A stretch of DNA of 64,000 nucleotides. Origin: Dicyema japonicum. Lineage: Eukaryota > Animalia > Dicyemida. The notes below the pieces were generated by a model that saw nothing but the letters and a program-made list of their open reading frames with translations, made no database searches and was not told the origin of the DNA. Each line of letters opens with the position of its first letter. Position 1 is the first letter of the stretch. The DNA lies in assembly GCA_011109175.1 (NCBI GenBank), contig RDEW01000043.1, positions 248,001 through 312,000 of the forward strand, in the 5' to 3' direction. Below, one piece after another: positions 59,760 through 64,000 of this stretch. A program made the position numbers and the translations under genes.

Positions 59760-62120
59760 TGTTAATTTTTTTCAAATTCTAGAGCAGGCATGATGCAGCC
59801 CATACATAGACGCATCAGATGCTTTTTCATTTCCAAAATGTCGTGTATCCGATATCTGAGTCCATTAAGCAGGGAGATGAGAAGTTATATCCACCTTGAG
59901 AAGATGGAAGCACGTTGCTAGTAGAATGTTGGACTTTTTATGCTTAAAACTGTGCTTTCAACTTCAAAAGTTCCCCTTTGATGTGATGAGGAAGATCTTC
60001 TATCTCTCCTTGATAATGAAATTTTCGAAGGGATTTTAAACATACATTTTGATTACTATGAATGGCTTCAGGCAACTTTCTGTATGTTTTGGAGGATTGG
60101 GACCGTACCTTCGGATGCCGCATTAACGTGTTTTTGAAAAAAAGGGAACATCTTGAGATCACTGGGGATTCGAGAAGACTTGCGTGTCTCAAAATGGCTA
60201 GTTTTCATCCAGCAGGTTCCTGGCTGAACGCCTATCCTTGTACCGAGATTGGCAACATGCTGGACGATGAGGCAGTGAGAATAGTCACCTCGCTATCCAC
60301 TGTCGTTTGGGTGAAATAATCACCATCATACTCAATAAAGCATTTGAAGACAAAAACGATCTTGGAATTGGGAGAAAATGGCTAATTCCAATACCAAAAC
60401 CTGGGAAACCTAGAGGTCCCGCAAACAGTCTAAGACCAATAATTCTATTATCGGTCTTACGGAAAACCCTCTCTATCATTGTATTAAATCGAATCAAAGG
60501 GAAAATCGACAAATTCTTATCGCCTGGACAAAGCGGTTTCAGGGAAAAAAGATCAACCGCCGACATAGTATGGACGCACAGATGTCTGGCGCTATATGTC
60601 AGAAATACAAAAAATGCATAGAAGTTCTGGGGATCGACATGAGTCGTGCATTCGACTCTGTACACAGGGGACTACTTATTAACATTCTGAATACATTTCT
60701 AGACACGGATGATGTTAGAATTATTTCCTTGCTCCTAGAAGATCTCACCTGGCTGTCAAAATCGGAAATACCGCTTCCAATTTTTTAAAACCACTCGGGG
60801 AGTTCCACAAGGGGATTCGTTGTCTCCTATTCTATTTATTATTTATCTTGAGGCTGCACTGAGGGATTTCAGATTATCCATTAAAGGAAATATTATGAGT
60901 TGATTTACGCAGACGATCTGGACTTTGTATCGGATGATTCTGAATTTCTCAAGTACATAAACGAACATCTTCCTAACATTTTCCAAAAATGGTTCTTGAA
61001 GATAAACACTGACAAAACGGAGTTTACATCATTCAGCCATGCAAAGAGGATATCCGACGAGACGTGGAGAAGACATAAGAAGGTCGGATCGCTCTTGGGG
61101 GACGAGGAAGATGTAGCTCGACGGAAAATCCTTGCATCTGGTGCTTTCAGAAGCCTATCTAAAATATGGAGTTCGGGAAAAAGACTTTGTGGAAAAATAA
61201 AGCTTATGATATACAAATACTTTGTTGTGCCCATCCTAATATATAACTGTGGGACATGGGGTTTGTCTAAACGGGCAATGGAGTCTATTGACAGTTTCGA
61301 CCGCAGTATGCTTCGGAAGGCACTTAATATTCACTACAAAATGAAGATCAAAAACGAACAATTATATAAGTTGAGCAAAACAGAACCATTATCCATGGAA
61401 ATCAGAAGATCGAGATGGAGACTGTTCGGTCACATTCTGAGGATGGACCTGGATGTCCCGGCAAATGGAAGGCCTAGAACAACCTTACCTATCACGCTAA
61501 ATGAGGACCTAAAAGCCATATGCAGAGAGTTGAAAACAATGGATGACCTCGATGAACTAAGAGATCTTGCGAAACGGAGAGGCCTTTGGATGCGAGTGGT
61601 GCAAAGGGTGGCCGGCGCGGCACAAGGGAACCTTAATTGACTTTTGTTTTTTTTATGTGTTCTCGCAGTGCTGATAATAATATCCACTGTCCTGCAGGTT
61701 GAGCACAGGCAGTTTTCTAAGGCACGCCGTCTCATCGTGACGTTTAAAAACGCACTTTCCTCTGCTGGCCACCACTGCATTTTGGTCTCACCCAATACGA
61801 TGGCAAACGCTCCGACGGGATGACAACATTCCCTTTGCTAATGGTCGGAACCTGGCTTGGGACGATACAGGTTTCGGACCCAGGTGATGTTTCTAAACAA
61901 GCCGAACATCAAAAGGGAAGGAAGTATCGAAGTATCTCGGATGATCACTTGTTGTCCTATTTGCTGTTTGAGACGTCAGGAATCCTAGACTTACATGCGG
62001 ACGATCTAATCTGCGAAATCGACTCAATGATCCAAATGACGACCAAGGATTCACGTGAGACTAGATGGCTTCGAGAGAGTTTCTCAGAGGAAACAGCATG
62101 ACCATTCAAGCTCCATAAAT
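59760..62120 (+). mobile_element. CRE-like element (59760-60304 plus 61681-62120) interrupted by an RTE
   Basis: AGSWLNAYPC...LDDEAVRI resumes after the insert as YPLSCRLSTGSFLRH, DGKRSDG and LLFETSG...RWLRE. Confidence 0.85.
60305..61680 (+). mobile_element. 5'-truncated RTE insertion with 11-bp TSD and (TAA)n tail
   Basis: TSD TATCCACTGTC at 60294-60304 and 61681-61691. Motifs LRPIILL, QSGFR, DMSRAFDSV, GVPQGDSLSP and YADD; open 246-aa C-terminal ORF 60900-61640 with GRPRTTLP. Confidence 0.92.
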
Positions 62121-62716
62121 TAAGTTCTCTTTTAACTGTTTAGTTTAAAAAATTAGTTAATTCAATGACATCGAATTTTGAGAACAAAAAACCATTAATT
62201 TGAATACCTTCTTAAAAGCAGATCTGTAATGTTCATCGCAAAGCAAAACTGAATTTGCTCAGCCCATTAGATATTTGGTCAAGAATTTCTTTCAACTGAT
62301 CATTCTCTCTCCTTTTCTATCAGTGGGCTCATGTAATTCGCTTTTCTCAGGTGGCGCAGTGTCAAAATGAAAAAATCATTTTTCTTCTTCCCGCTCAACT
62401 GGAAGGGTTCTCACAACTGTAAGGACTGGGCGTCTTCTTCCCTTTCCTTTAGTTCTGACTGGACTTGTGTGATATTGGAAAGTTTCTGTTTTTGCGACCG
62501 TGGGAACTGGATACATCTAATTAATTTTTAAGGGCCACCCCCTCCATGTAAACATAATGACCATTTCACATTCTTCGAAGAATAAATTGACCGAAATCCA
62601 GTAAGTCGCCAATAGAATCATTGTCTCTAATTCCGAGTCTGACTCTTGAACAGCTTTAACTTGAATGACACCGAAAATTCGTGAGGGCGGACAACTTACT
62701 AAACATCCCTCTACGA

Positions 62717-63370
62717 CAGGGGTGTTCAAACATGCGGCCGCGAGCCTCGATGGCGCAAAGTAATGTTTAGTGGAGTTCGTTAAATGCAACAGTACCGTGC
62801 AGCCCGATTTGATGCCTATAAAACAAAATATTTTAATTATTTTTTAATAGTATTTGTAAATCTTGTTTGTCAATGCCACGTGTTTTTCTGGAACTAAAAA
62901 AACGGTGTTTGAAAAATGAAAAGAGAGTGTTTCAAAAAATGGGAATTTCTCTATTTTTTCAACGATTGATGGAAAAATACATCATCACCAGTTTATCGCT
63001 ATACCGAAAGAATACAACTTAAAAAAGCATTACCATTCCAATCATAGATCATACGATTATTTCGAAGGTACTAAGTTGTTTATTAACCAATAAGGTCCAA
63101 TGCGTGTTTCAAAGCTAAATGAATTACGAAATAATATGACTTCGTCACAGGGTCATTTCACAAAAAATTCACAATCGAAGTACTGCATCAGTTACTGCAA
63201 GCTATGAAATCAGGAGAATGCTTGCAATAAATGGGAAATCACATTGTGATTTCATCAAGCAATGTTCGTAGAGTCTACGATTTTTATCAAATATCTCAAA
63301 AATCACCAGAGATACGAAAATATTCCTAACCTGTTCTGGAGAGAGGTTCAAAATGTTCGACCTCGGCTTT
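62717..63370 (+). mobile_element. hAT (SPIN-like) 5' end with TIR and transposase remnants
   Basis: TIR CAGGGGTGTTCAAAC at 62717; WEFLYFF, KEYNLKKHY and ASYEI..LA..GK-like fragments. Confidence 0.75.
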
Positions 63371-63459
63371 GTCATTGGGATCACTTAGTTTCTCTTTTAA
63401 CTCAGTGATCCTGGGGAAATAATATTAATATAAGCCCAAAATATTGTATCTAACTTATC

Positions 63460-63885
63460 CTTCAGTGCTGAACGTGCTGAACAAATGTGAGAAGAAATCA
63501 ACCTCCTGAAATGCCTAACAGGTCTATGGAAAATCACCTATACTTAAAACGCTCTACTCACAGTACATCGAACCATGCATTTCACATGCGTGTACTTCAT
63601 GGAGACCACTGGCCTCTTATACGAACATCCAGAAAATCTCTCCGCAATCCAGAAAAGGGCCTTTAAACTAACTGAAAGATGGTATACAGGGGAAAATATC
63701 ATATCACCGACGCCCATAAGATACTAATCGAAAAAAACAAAAATGGACACTAATGCCAAAAAGGAAGTGCTCACCCGCAACGAACTTGTGTAGGCTCAAG
63801 GGATCAACACCGAGCAAAGATGAGAGCCTGATCCAATTCGTCGGGATCACTTAGTTGTTTTCGGTTTAACAGTGGTCTTTGAAAT
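63460..63885 (+). mobile_element. LINE 3' fragment, twin of about 43790-44200
   Basis: Long near-identical runs, ending with the GGGATCACT...AGTGGTC hairpin. Confidence 0.85.
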
Positions 63886-64000
63886 TAACTTTAATTTAAT
63901 AGTGACTTGTTTATAGTTTGTTGTATTGTTAATGCTGTCCTTTAACGATCCACGACAGGGTTTCTACTAATGCCATCTAACACGTGTAATTGGATCTACT

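Noticed and set aside
9535-62120. General sequence-specific targeting of TATGCTAATCT by all CRE-like copies
   Set aside because: The visible 3' flanks of the CRE copies at about 9790, 15500 and 62120 do not show this motif, so specificity is supported only at the 44.6-47.3 kb locus.
62160-62790. Possible minus-strand spliced gene (ORF 62517-62789 plus an intron-like 22-mer)
   Set aside because: No continuous frame or recognisable motif could be assembled; left unannotated.
1-64000. Prokaryotic features (operons, CRISPR arrays, rRNA/tRNA genes) and most short ORFs in the track
   Set aside because: The sequence is intron-containing animal DNA. No regularly spaced repeat-spacer array or foldable tRNA/rRNA was seen, and most listed ORFs are antisense or off-frame shadows of TE relics.

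Overview
AT-rich eukaryotic (animal) nuclear DNA, not prokaryotic. Seven recognisable host genes lie as small islands in nested transposon debris: an IMMP1L-like peptidase, an MDH2-type malate dehydrogenase, an NR1-type nuclear receptor, RMI2, CIR1, MRPL40 and asparagine synthetase. There is also an intronless ETS factor and a possible orphan gene. I reconstructed the genes by hand. About 27 introns are only 20-31 nt long, which with an NR1-type receptor and an ETS factor best fits a dicyemid (inference). Single-base deletions in homopolymers break several otherwise intact genes and look like long-read consensus errors. The rest is pogo/Tigger, hAT and MULE DNA transposons plus RTE-like, Jockey/I-like and CRE-like non-LTR retroelements. 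Main oddities: an IMP1 homologue with both catalytic residues replaced, an MDH2 with no mitochondrial presequence, two CRE-like insertions in opposite orientation at the same 11-15 bp site, PHD fingers on CRE-like elements, and a covarying 3' hairpin shared by divergent LINEs. Protein family assignments are from remembered motifs; no database search was run.
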